Source: Candidatus Sulfotelmatobacter sp. (GTDB lineage: Bacteria > Acidobacteriota > Terriglobia > Terriglobales > Acidobacteriaceae). From it: a DNA stretch of 64,000 nt. Shown here one piece after another: positions 1 to 7,762 of the stretch. The notes below the pieces were generated by a model. That model saw only the letters and a program-made list of their open reading frames with translations. It had not been told where the DNA came from and made no database searches. A program made the translations under genes and the position numbers. Every line of letters starts with the position of its first letter. Within the stretch, counting starts at the first letter, position 1. Location: NCBI GenBank assembly GCA_035710725.1, contig DASTCY010000038.1:7495-71494 (forward strand). Reading direction: 5' to 3'.

Positions 1-169
1 CTGCGCAGCCACGGCCATAGTTGTTGTGCGCGCCGAGAACGTCGACCACTGGAGCGACGCTGCCGGAGGCACCCGACGTGATCGCGGTTCCCCCCGGAGT
101 CGGGGCTTGGGCCAACGCCAATGCGCCCACCATGACCACGAGCAAACTTACTAAGAGTACTTTTTTCAT
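1..169 (-). CDS. secreted protein, N-terminal fragment (gene runs off the left edge); possibly a c-type cytochrome
   Basis: Truncated, so absent from the ORF track. ATG at 167-169 (minus) is preceded by AGGAGG with an 8-nt spacer. Translation MKKVLLVSLLVVMVGALALAQA... is a classic signal peptide. The visible part ends ...VLGAHNNYGRGCA at the window edge, so a CXXCH motif cannot be confirmed. Same strand as, and 78 nt downstream of, the NHL gene. Confidence 0.55.
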   Translation of the reverse strand, partial: MKKVLLVSLLVVMVGALALAQAPTPGGTAITSGASGSVAPVVDVLGAHNNYGRGCA

Positions 170-224
170 GTATGAAACCTCCTGTCCTGACAGCTCGGTC
201 ACGGATTTTTCTTTCCGTTTCCGT

Positions 225-246
225 TTTGGCCCAAACAAGGGCCAAA
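225..246 (-). other. intercistronic stem-loop (8-bp stem TTTGGCCC/GGGCCAAA, 6-nt loop)
   Basis: Perfect inverted repeat lying 2 nt beyond the NHL stop codon (248-250) and before the next ORF. No U-tract, so more likely an mRNA stability/processing element than a full terminator. Confidence 0.35.
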
Positions 247-247
247 C

Positions 248-1555
248 TTATTGGCGGTCCGTTGCCGCCGAATCCTTGGCCTGCGCCGCTTCGTGCTTAA
301 CTTCTGTCTTGTCTGACGAAGACGACGCTGCTTTCTGTCCAGCCGGAGCTACCTTCACTCCAGCGGTCTTGTTCTTTTCCGCTTCCCGCCGCTCAAATTC
401 CTGCCGCGCTTCGGCCTGTGTCACGTAGCGGAATTCCTGCACGCGTCCGGGATATACCTCGGAGGTGAACACTCGGTTGTTCTTGTCAATCGTGATGTAC
501 TGCAGCCCGGAAAACATGCCGGGCAGAATCCCCTGAGCCGCGCCCATGTAAATCAGCAACTGGCCTTCCTGCGAAAAAACTTGCACTCGGTTTTGTAGTG
601 AATCGCTCACCCAGACGTGACCATCGCAGTCGATCGCCACGCCCTTCGGCATCGCGAAATAGCCGGGCCCGTCGCCGCGCTTGCCAAAGGTGCGGATGAA
701 GTTGCCATCTGCATCGAACATTTCAATTCGTGCATTCAGCGTGTCAGCGACGTAGAGGTTCCCATCCTGATCGACTGCCAGGCCAGTCGGCTTGGCGAAG
801 TCGCCCGGAGTCGCGAGCGTGTGCCCTTTGCCGCCCGTGCCCACTTTGCGCAGTGGCTGGAATGTGTCCGCGTCGTAGACCAGCACCTGGTCGGCCGCGA
901 TGTCGGCCACATAGAGGAACCGGTTCTCGGTATCGATCGCCATCCCGGCCGGAATTCCGATGCCATCCTTGATGACCGCTTCCATCTTGTGATTCGGATT
1001 GAAGACCAGAACGCGATGCGCTCCCGCATCGGAAACAAACAGACGGTCGTTGTCGTCGATCGCGAGGCCAACGATCATGGCGAAGCTGGCGTCCCTGCCG
1101 TTCTTGATCATTTCGGTCTCACGCGTTTCCGAATCGATGATGAAGATGACACCGACTTTTCCGTCCGCGACGTAGATCTTGCCCTTCGAATCAACCGCCA
1201 GCCCGTGCGGCTCACCCATGAAGAAGTGGTTACGCAGCCCATCGTCACCCTTGTCGGTCGGAGATCCCGCCAGCCGGTCCATCCAGCTGCTTTTGCTCTT
1301 CGTTGGCTTCGCCGCGAAGTCAGGCAGTTTCTCGCCCGCGAAATAATTCAGATAGCGAATGCGCGTAATGTTCGGCGGCTGCGGCCACACGATTTTCGAA
1401 GTGTCGATCTTCTCCAGCAGCGAAGCCGGCTTCTCCGGCTCGTTGTTCTTTTTCTTTTTGTCGGAGGCGAGCGATGGCATCGCTAACAGCAGCGCCGCGA
1501 TGATCGCCAACGCCATCCCTGCTCTGCGGATCGAGTTTTGCGATTTGCCGATCAT
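248..1555 (-). CDS. NHL-repeat six-bladed beta-propeller protein, exported
   Basis: ORF 248-1663 trimmed to the ATG at 1555, which has the purine-rich AGGAGAGGAAGAGAG immediately upstream. This gives MIGKSQNSIRRAGMALAIIAALLLAMPSLAS as signal peptide. Six NHL-type blades: YVADGKVGVIFIID, LFVSDAGAHRVLVFNPN, LYVADIAADQVLVYDAD, LYVADTLNARIEMFDADG, VWVSDSLQNRVQVFSQEG, VFTSEVYPGRVQEFRY. Starts 19 nt after the cytochrome stop. Confidence 0.85.
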   Translation of the reverse strand: MIGKSQNSIRRAGMALAIIAALLLAMPSLASDKKKKNNEPEKPASLLEKIDTSKIVWPQPPNITRIRYLNYFAGEKLPDFAAKPTKSKSSWMDRLAGSPTDKGDDGLRNHFFMGEPHGLAVDSKGKIYVADGKVGVIFIIDSETRETEMIKNGRDASFAMIVGLAIDDNDRLFVSDAGAHRVLVFNPNHKMEAVIKDGIGIPAGMAIDTENRFLYVADIAADQVLVYDADTFQPLRKVGTGGKGHTLATPGDFAKPTGLAVDQDGNLYVADTLNARIEMFDADGNFIRTFGKRGDGPGYFAMPKGVAIDCDGHVWVSDSLQNRVQVFSQEGQLLIYMGAAQGILPGMFSGLQYITIDKNNRVFTSEVYPGRVQEFRYVTQAEARQEFERREAEKNKTAGVKVAPAGQKAASSSSDKTEVKHEAAQAKDSAATDRQ

Positions 1556-1574
1556 CTCTCTTCCTCTCCTTCGC

Positions 1575-3041
1575 TCACTTCTGCAGGTTCTTGTGGCAAT
1601 TCGCACAGAACAAAGCGTTGTTGGCCTGATCTTTGGCCAGCAGCCCCGGCTGAGCCGAGGCATGCGGCTGATGGCAGGTCAGGCAGTTGATCTGCGTCTT
1701 CACTTTCGTGATGTCGCTCGGATCTACGACGTCCGAGATCGGATGCCCTTCAACCGGATGGCCGGTGTTGTACTTCAGCGGCAGCACTGGAACTTTCGCG
1801 AAGTAGTTTTCCGGCAGCTTCACGCTTCCGTCGAAGATCGCAACCAGATGTTCTTTTTCGAGCTTCTGCGGCCTCGAGTCCGGCCCATGGCACTCGAGAC
1901 AAAGCTTGTTCGTGTTCGCCACCCGCAGCAGGTGCGGATTGTCGTTGCCATGTCCGTCATGGCAGGTCGAGCAGCCTTGCTCAAAAACTGGTTGATGCAG
2001 CGTCGTCTTCTTGTGCAGGTCGGCTATGTCGCTGTGGCAACCCAGGCAGATATTCACTGCGTCGGTTTTGGGCAGATTAGGTTGCGAACTCGCATGCGGA
2101 TTGTGGCAATCGAGGCAATCGCCGGCCTGCGCTCCCGGATGCGCGACCTTCGCGGTTTCGATCTTCTTGGCCTGATCATCGTGGCAGGTCACGCACAGTG
2201 ACTTGGCGTCGGCCTGCGTCAACACGACTTTTCCGTCTTTGGGCGGCGCGTGGCACATCTCGCAGCTCTTGTCGGCGAACGGAGGATGCTGGAATTTCGC
2301 CATCAGTTTCGGCGAAGCCGACGAGTGCGGATCGTGGCACTGCATGCAGTTCGTCGTACCGAACGGCTGGTTGTTGTGTGCCTTCTGCAGCGACTCATCT
2401 TTTACGTCATGGCAATCGATGCAGAGCTGCGGAGCTGCCTTGATCAGATGAAATTGGTTTTCGGTGGTCAGGTCCTTGCCAGTTTTATGCGTGACGTGGC
2501 AGGTGTCGCAGCCCATGTCGAGCGCAGCGTGCCGGCTTCCTTTTTCCGGGACGTTCTGCCCCTGGTCGTGGCAGGTGAGGCAGAGATTGTCTTTCTTCTC
2601 GCCCGCGGTCGCTTTCAGCAACTGATTCTTATTGTCGGAGACGTGCGGATCGTGGCATTGCAGGCAGTTGCGCACCGCCGGCTCGTGCACGTGCCCCTGA
2701 ATCTGCGACGCATCTTTGTCGCTGTGGCACGTCAGGCAGACTTTGTAGGGAACCGCTGTGATCAGCTTTACGCGGGTCACATCTTTGTTGACCCGCACTT
2801 CGTGGCAGCTCAGGCATCCAGTGGTCGAGACCGCCGTGTGCACGAACTTGCCTTTGCTCTTGTCTTCGTGGCACTCCAGGCACTTCTTCGCGTCGACGTT
2901 CTTATCCAGCGGAACAGGGTGAGTGTTGGCTAAGGCCGGAAATGCCCAGAAAGCTGCAAAGGCAAGCAGGCAGTAAACATACCGCCGGACCGCGGGCCGA
3001 AGGGCCTGGCTGCTGGCGCGGTCGTGGATCTGGCAAACCAT
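1575..3041 (-). CDS. hexadecahaem c-type cytochrome (16 CXXCH motifs), exported
   Basis: 488-aa ORF. I count 16 CXXCH motifs: CLECH, CLSCH, CLTCH, CLQCH, CLTCH, CDTCH, CIDCH, CMQCH, CEMCH, CVTCH, CLDCH, CLGCH, CSTCH, CLECH, CLTCH, CANCH. Extra His residues lie between them and there is an N-terminal hydrophobic signal (CLLAFAAFWAFPALA). Roughly one haem per 30 aa, as in multidomain cytochrome c3 / HmcA-type proteins. Confidence 0.9.
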   Translation of the reverse strand: MVCQIHDRASSQALRPAVRRYVYCLLAFAAFWAFPALANTHPVPLDKNVDAKKCLECHEDKSKGKFVHTAVSTTGCLSCHEVRVNKDVTRVKLITAVPYKVCLTCHSDKDASQIQGHVHEPAVRNCLQCHDPHVSDNKNQLLKATAGEKKDNLCLTCHDQGQNVPEKGSRHAALDMGCDTCHVTHKTGKDLTTENQFHLIKAAPQLCIDCHDVKDESLQKAHNNQPFGTTNCMQCHDPHSSASPKLMAKFQHPPFADKSCEMCHAPPKDGKVVLTQADAKSLCVTCHDDQAKKIETAKVAHPGAQAGDCLDCHNPHASSQPNLPKTDAVNICLGCHSDIADLHKKTTLHQPVFEQGCSTCHDGHGNDNPHLLRVANTNKLCLECHGPDSRPQKLEKEHLVAIFDGSVKLPENYFAKVPVLPLKYNTGHPVEGHPISDVVDPSDITKVKTQINCLTCHQPHASAQPGLLAKDQANNALFCANCHKNLQK

Positions 3042-3076
3042 GTCTAACTAATGCAAATGCAAGAGCCAGACCGAAT

Positions 3077-3219
3077 TCCCACTGCGGGACTAGGATCCCG
3101 CGTTACGACCGTAAGTTATTGCAACAGCATCGACTTGTGTGCGGTGGGCGAGGTGATGTGAATTTCCACAGAACGTTATCTTTCTCATCAAAATGGGCTT
3201 TCTCCCACAGCGGGACTGG
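3077..3219. promoter_or_regulatory. two copies of a 17-bp direct repeat TCCCACWGCGGGACTRG (3077-3093 and 3203-3219)
   Basis: 15 of 17 positions are identical, 126 bp apart, in the divergent intergenic region between the cytochrome operon and resB. Candidate transcription-factor or enhancer-binding-protein sites. Confidence 0.35.
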
Positions 3220-3281
3220 TGAAATGACCCACGTTTAGGAGTCTCACGAAAGCACTCGACAATGCGCTCACCCCGCAGCTT

Positions 3282-3297
3282 TGTGATTGAAATCACA
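3282..3297. promoter_or_regulatory. perfect CRP/FNR-superfamily-type palindrome TGTGAT-TGAA-ATCACA
   Basis: Matches TGTGA-N6-TCACA exactly. Lies in the divergent region, 241 bp from the cytochrome ATG (3041) and 177 bp from the resB ATG (3474). Confidence 0.45.
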
Positions 3298-3433
3298 CGT
3301 CTTTCGGCGTGCGCCAAATCACATTTCCTGGGTTCGGATCGTGAGTGTTCTCACCCAAACGGTTTGCCTCGGCAAGATCGATCAAGCTTGCGATGCTATT
3401 CAGCTGCAACGACTTGTCGAGAAAATCCCAAAA

Positions 3434-3449
3434 TGGTGCCGAACGTGCA
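3434..3449 (+). promoter_or_regulatory. weak sigma-54-like -24/-12 element TGGTGC-N5-GTGCA upstream of resB
   Basis: GG and GC have the canonical 10-nt separation, ending 25 nt before the resB ATG. The -24 box deviates from TGGCAC at two positions and the leader would be very short. Confidence 0.2.
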
Positions 3450-3473
3450 TCCGCATCCGCAGCGAGGAAAGAT

Positions 3474-4922
3474 ATGGCCCTGTCATTCGGTTCTGCATCA
3501 CGCAAACTGTGGCAGACGTTGAGTTCCATCAAAACCGGTGTGGTGTTGATCATCCTGGTAGTGATCTTCGCTGCGGCGGGGACAGTGATCCTGCAGCGCC
3601 CGATGACCGACCCCGACGACATGCAGCGCGCCTACTCGCCGCAGATGCTGCGCATCCTCGACGCCACGGGGCTGACCGACGTTTACCACACGCGCTGGTT
3701 CGTTGCGCTACTGATTTTGGTGAGCTTGAGCATCATCGCGGCTTCGGTACAGCGCTTCCCTAACTCGTGGCGGTTCTTCGCGCGGCCTTATAAGAGCCCC
3801 GATGATAACTTCCGTCGCGTGCTTCCCACGCAGGCGCAGATTTCGATTCTTGAAGAAGAACAAGGCCTGAGCGCCGCGGAGCGAGCGTTTCGCAAGATGG
3901 GCTTAGCCTCAGAAAGGATCGTCCGCCCAAAGACGTTTTCGTTGTTTGCCGAGCGCAATCGCATTTCTGAGATGGCGGTCTACATCGTTCACGCCAGCTT
4001 GTTGCTGATCTTCCTGGGGGGAATTGTCGATGCGCTCTGGGGATGGCGCGGGTTTCTCATGCTCACGCCTGGTGAACAAAGCAGTTCGATCCAGTTGCGC
4101 AATGGCGCCGCAAAGACGATTCCATTTGCCATTCGCTGCGACGGCACGGGCGAGGAGACTTACGCCGACGGAACGCCGAAGAAGTGGTGGTCCAAGCTGG
4201 CTGTCCTGCAGAACGGCCACGACGCTGCGAACAAAGAGATCACGGTCAACGATCCTCTGGTTTTCGCAGGGTTGCGCTTCTACCAGGCCAGCTATGGACG
4301 GACCGGCAAGATTGATCGTCTGATTCTCACAGCCACGCCGGCCAGCGGCGTAAAAGTTGAGCCGCGAGAGATCTCCCTGGCTATGAATCAGACTCTCGCG
4401 CTCGATGCCGACACGTCGGTGCAACTGGTGCAGTTCATCCCTGACTTCGTCGTGCAGGACGGGCAGGTTTACGCGCGCAGCAACGACGTGGTCAATCCCG
4501 CGGTGCACCTGATCGTGACCTCGCAGAAATCAGGCAAGGCGGTAAATGTCTGGTTTCCGGAAATCGCAGGCATCGCCGAGAACGCGTCTTCGCCGTACGT
4601 TTTCGAACCGAAGGACTTGAAAACCGGCGTTTTCACCGGCCTGCAGGTTTCCTACGAGCCGGGGCAATGGGCGGTGTGGGGCGGCGTGATTCTGATGGCG
4701 ATCGGTATGAGTTTGGTGTTTTACGTCGTGCACCAGCGCTACTGGGTCGTGCCCGTGCGCAATCAAGAGGGACGCTTGGCGCTGTGGGTTGGGGGATCCG
4801 CCAATCGCAATCGCGACGCTTTTGAGCAGAAATTTCAAAAGCTTGTGGCAGAGATCAAAACCGAGTTGCCGACCAAGCAACCGGCGCCTGCAGTACGGGC
4901 CGCTAATTTAGTCGGAAAGTAG
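3474..4922 (+). CDS. resB: cytochrome c biogenesis protein ResB/Ccs1 (System II)
   Basis: ORF 3345-4922 trimmed to ATG 3474 (GAGGAAAG just upstream). N-terminal TM (GVVLIILVVIFAAAGTVIL), large soluble loop, C-terminal TM (WAVWGGVILMAIGMSLVFYVV). This topology, plus its position directly upstream of ccsA, fits ResB. Confidence 0.8.
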   Translation: MALSFGSASRKLWQTLSSIKTGVVLIILVVIFAAAGTVILQRPMTDPDDMQRAYSPQMLRILDATGLTDVYHTRWFVALLILVSLSIIAASVQRFPNSWRFFARPYKSPDDNFRRVLPTQAQISILEEEQGLSAAERAFRKMGLASERIVRPKTFSLFAERNRISEMAVYIVHASLLLIFLGGIVDALWGWRGFLMLTPGEQSSSIQLRNGAAKTIPFAIRCDGTGEETYADGTPKKWWSKLAVLQNGHDAANKEITVNDPLVFAGLRFYQASYGRTGKIDRLILTATPASGVKVEPREISLAMNQTLALDADTSVQLVQFIPDFVVQDGQVYARSNDVVNPAVHLIVTSQKSGKAVNVWFPEIAGIAENASSPYVFEPKDLKTGVFTGLQVSYEPGQWAVWGGVILMAIGMSLVFYVVHQRYWVVPVRNQEGRLALWVGGSANRNRDAFEQKFQKLVAEIKTELPTKQPAPAVRAANLVGK

Positions 4923-4938
4923 GACAGGAGGATTGTCA

Positions 4939-6336
4939 ATGGCACGCGCAAGAGCAGAACAGCAACCCGCAACCGGCTCCGCGTTGATCGTGCTGGTCGG
5001 ATTGAGCATCGCGTTCCTGCTGTTCATGGCATTGTTGAATGTGGCGAAGTCGGGCAACATTCTGACCGAGGCCAATCTGCTTTATGCGTCTTTGATTTTT
5101 TATGCAGGTGCGGGAGCGCTCTACCTAGGTTTCGGCGTCACGGGGAATGAATCCTATGTCAAGTTCGCCTCGTTCTCGACCTGGGCAGGACTGCTGGCCA
5201 ACACTGGCGCGGTGCTGCATCGTTGGTATGAGGCCGGACATCCTCCTTTCGCCAGCTTGTACGAAATGCTTCTGAGCTTTGTATGGACGCTGGCTGCGCT
5301 AACGCTGATTGCAGAAAAGGTCTATGGCGTGAAAGTGATTGGCACCGTGACCATGCCCGTCTCGATTGTCGGCGTCGTGCTGATGCAACTGCTGCGCAGC
5401 GACGTGAAGCCACTGGTTCCCGCGCTGCAATCGACGTGGCTGCATGTGCACGTGAGCCTGGCGATGCTGGCTTATGCGGCATGCGCGCTGAGTTTTGCAC
5501 TGGCCATGATGTTCTTGATCCAGGACAAAATGAAGACGGAGACATTTCTGGCCGCCACCAGCGTGTTTACTGTCGGAATCTACGCTGCCGCTCTCACGCG
5601 CTTTGAGAAATGGGGCGGCTTCAGCGTGATCGCGTGGGACGCCGAGAACAAATCGGAGATGTTTCTCTCGCGGGGTGTGCGGCTGTTCGTCACCATCCCA
5701 GACCTGGGCTGGCTGATGTTGCTTGTCACTCTGGCCGTTTGCGCGCCACTCGTCCTGTATGCCGTCGCGCAATGGAAAAAGAACGACAGCTTGCTGATCA
5801 TCGCCAATCGGGCCGTGTTCGTCAGCATTCTGCTGCAGACGCTTGCGTTGGTTTTCTTCCTGCTGCGGGTGCGAGACGGCCGTTATGCGTCGCTCGATCA
5901 GGAGGGCTTGTTCCCTACAAATCTGGCTGCGAGTCCCTTCATCCTTTCCGGCTTAGTCGGAGGGATTTTCGCCAACCTGCTTTATCTCCTTTTGCTGTGG
6001 CGGCGAACGGACTTAGAGCGGCTGCTGCCCGACGCAGAGGCACTTGATCGCATCACTTACAAGACGATTTGCGTGGCCTTCCCCTTACTCACCCTGATGA
6101 TCGCCGCCGGCGCCTACTGGGCCAACCGGGCCTGGGGTTCGTATTGGCAATGGGACCCGAAAGAGACGTGGGCGGCGATTACCTGGCTGATTTACGCGGG
6201 CTATTTGCACATGCGCATCACCCGCGGTTGGCGCGGACGCCGAGCTGCCTATTTCGCGATTCTTGGTTTCGCGGTGGTCATGTTTACTTTCTTCGGCGTG
6301 ACCTACCTGCTTCCCGGATTGCACGCTTATGCCTAA
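4939..6336 (+). CDS. ccsA: cytochrome c assembly protein CcsA/ResC (System II haem handling)
   Basis: Polytopic membrane protein with the Trp-rich WWD-type motif WGSYWQWDPKETWA near the C-terminus. ATG 4939 follows GGAGGA (4926-4932); the TTG at 4933 is an alternative start. Confidence 0.88.
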   Translation: MARARAEQQPATGSALIVLVGLSIAFLLFMALLNVAKSGNILTEANLLYASLIFYAGAGALYLGFGVTGNESYVKFASFSTWAGLLANTGAVLHRWYEAGHPPFASLYEMLLSFVWTLAALTLIAEKVYGVKVIGTVTMPVSIVGVVLMQLLRSDVKPLVPALQSTWLHVHVSLAMLAYAACALSFALAMMFLIQDKMKTETFLAATSVFTVGIYAAALTRFEKWGGFSVIAWDAENKSEMFLSRGVRLFVTIPDLGWLMLLVTLAVCAPLVLYAVAQWKKNDSLLIIANRAVFVSILLQTLALVFFLLRVRDGRYASLDQEGLFPTNLAASPFILSGLVGGIFANLLYLLLLWRRTDLERLLPDAEALDRITYKTICVAFPLLTLMIAAGAYWANRAWGSYWQWDPKETWAAITWLIYAGYLHMRITRGWRGRRAAYFAILGFAVVMFTFFGVTYLLPGLHAYA

Positions 6337-7570
6337 GCAAGGATTGGTTCAAGACGACCTGCAGATTCGAAGAGTCAATGGGGAAAGCAGTTTCACTGGC
6401 GTTAATGATCTTGACCGTACCGGTTCAGAAAATTGTGACTTAGCTTTTATAGACGAAACCATGCCGGAACAGCCCGGAAATAGTGGAAATCCTGAGATCT
6501 CTTCCTTCCGTATCAACTGGGAGATCAAGGCTTTGGTCCCGATCGCCAGCGTGCTGCTCGGCGGCATGCTGCTGTTTTTGCTGGCGACGCTCTCCTGGCG
6601 CGATCCTGAGCGGCACGTGGTTCTGCTGGTTGCGGGAGCGGGAGCAGTCGCGATCTGCGGAGCACTGCTGGTGGTGCTGACCTACTTGATTCAGCGTCCG
6701 ATGGTGGAACTGCAACAGAAGATTGCTCAGCTCGGCGCCGGCGATCTGGATGTGTCGGTCAGCTTTGCCCGACGCAACGACGAGATCGGCGATCTCGGAC
6801 GGAACTTCAACCACATGGTCGAACAACTTCGTGAGACTCGCCAGGAGATTGAGCGCCTGCATCGCACGCAAATGTCGCGCGCAGAGCACTTTGCCACGTT
6901 AGGAGAACTGGCCACTGGATTGGCGCATGAGATTCGCAATCCGCTTGCCGGAATCGCCGGCGTGATCGAAATCATCGGCCGCGATCTGCCCGCGACGAGT
7001 CCGGCCCGCGCCGTGGTGAAAGACGTTCGCCAGGAAATTGCGCGCATCAATCAAATCGTCGCCGATCTGCTGAAGACGGCGCGGCCGCACCCGCCGCGAG
7101 TGCGCAAGAGCGATCTCAACACGACCGTGGAGCACGCTGTCATGCTGGGACGTCAGCAGGCGACTGCGAAATCCATTGAGATTATTCTGAAGAAAGATCC
7201 CACGCTTCCCGAAGTCGAGCACGACAGCGATCAGATCCATCAGGTGCTGCTGAACCTGCTGCTGAATGCGATGCAGGCAATCGATGGCAGCGGCAAGATT
7301 ACCGTCAGCCTGCGACGAGAGTGGCAGTTCGCGGTGGTTGAAGTTTCAGACACGGGGCGCGGTATCGCTGCCGAACATTTGCCTAGTATTTTCCGCCCAT
7401 TTTTTACTACCAAGGGTGAAGGAACCGGCTTGGGATTGTCGCTGGCGCGGCGCATCGTGGAAGACCATCACGGAAAAGTCGAGGTGTCGAGCAAGGTAGG
7501 CCAAGGTAGTACATTCTCCGTGAAGCTGCCTGTGTCGTATTCTGTGCAGCGTCAACAGATTGCCACGTAA
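6329..7570 (+). CDS. sensor histidine kinase (2 TM with minimal outer loop, HAMP, HisKA, HATPase)
   Basis: H-box HEIRNPLAGIAG, N-box LLNLLLNAMQA, G1 DTGRGI, G2 GTGLGLSLARRIV, HAMP-like RPMVELQQKIAQLGAGDLDV. Only about 8 residues (SWRDPERH) lie between the two TM helices. ATG 6329 overlaps the ccsA stop (ATGCCTAA); ATG 6461 is an alternative start. Confidence 0.85.
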   Translation: MPKQGLVQDDLQIRRVNGESSFTGVNDLDRTGSENCDLAFIDETMPEQPGNSGNPEISSFRINWEIKALVPIASVLLGGMLLFLLATLSWRDPERHVVLLVAGAGAVAICGALLVVLTYLIQRPMVELQQKIAQLGAGDLDVSVSFARRNDEIGDLGRNFNHMVEQLRETRQEIERLHRTQMSRAEHFATLGELATGLAHEIRNPLAGIAGVIEIIGRDLPATSPARAVVKDVRQEIARINQIVADLLKTARPHPPRVRKSDLNTTVEHAVMLGRQQATAKSIEIILKKDPTLPEVEHDSDQIHQVLLNLLLNAMQAIDGSGKITVSLRREWQFAVVEVSDTGRGIAAEHLPSIFRPFFTTKGEGTGLGLSLARRIVEDHHGKVEVSSKVGQGSTFSVKLPVSYSVQRQQIAT

Positions 7571-7762
7571 CGCCACGTTTCCAAGTCACACTCCAGCCAT
7601 AACCGGAGGTTTACAAACAGTATCCTTCGAGTTCGTGGTCGCCGATTTTACATTCCACAAGCGGCATTTCGCACTATAATCAGGCGGTCTCAAGCGGCGC
7701 GCTTCCCACCTTTCCCCGGCGTGCCCATAGCGTTACACGTGTGCTTCAACTGAAAACCAGGA

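Noticed and set aside
21-428. 135-aa plus-strand ORF at the left edge
   Set aside because: It overlaps the well-supported minus-strand secreted-protein start and the NHL gene end. No SD, and the translation is non-protein-like.
3044-3068. Sigma-54-like TGGCTC...TTTGCA on the minus strand just upstream of the cytochrome ATG; similarly TGGCAT-ATGCT-TTGGCA at 9560-9576
   Set aside because: GG-to-GC spacing is 11 nt rather than 10 in both cases. The first would leave no room for a leader. The second is better explained as the vapB operator repeat.
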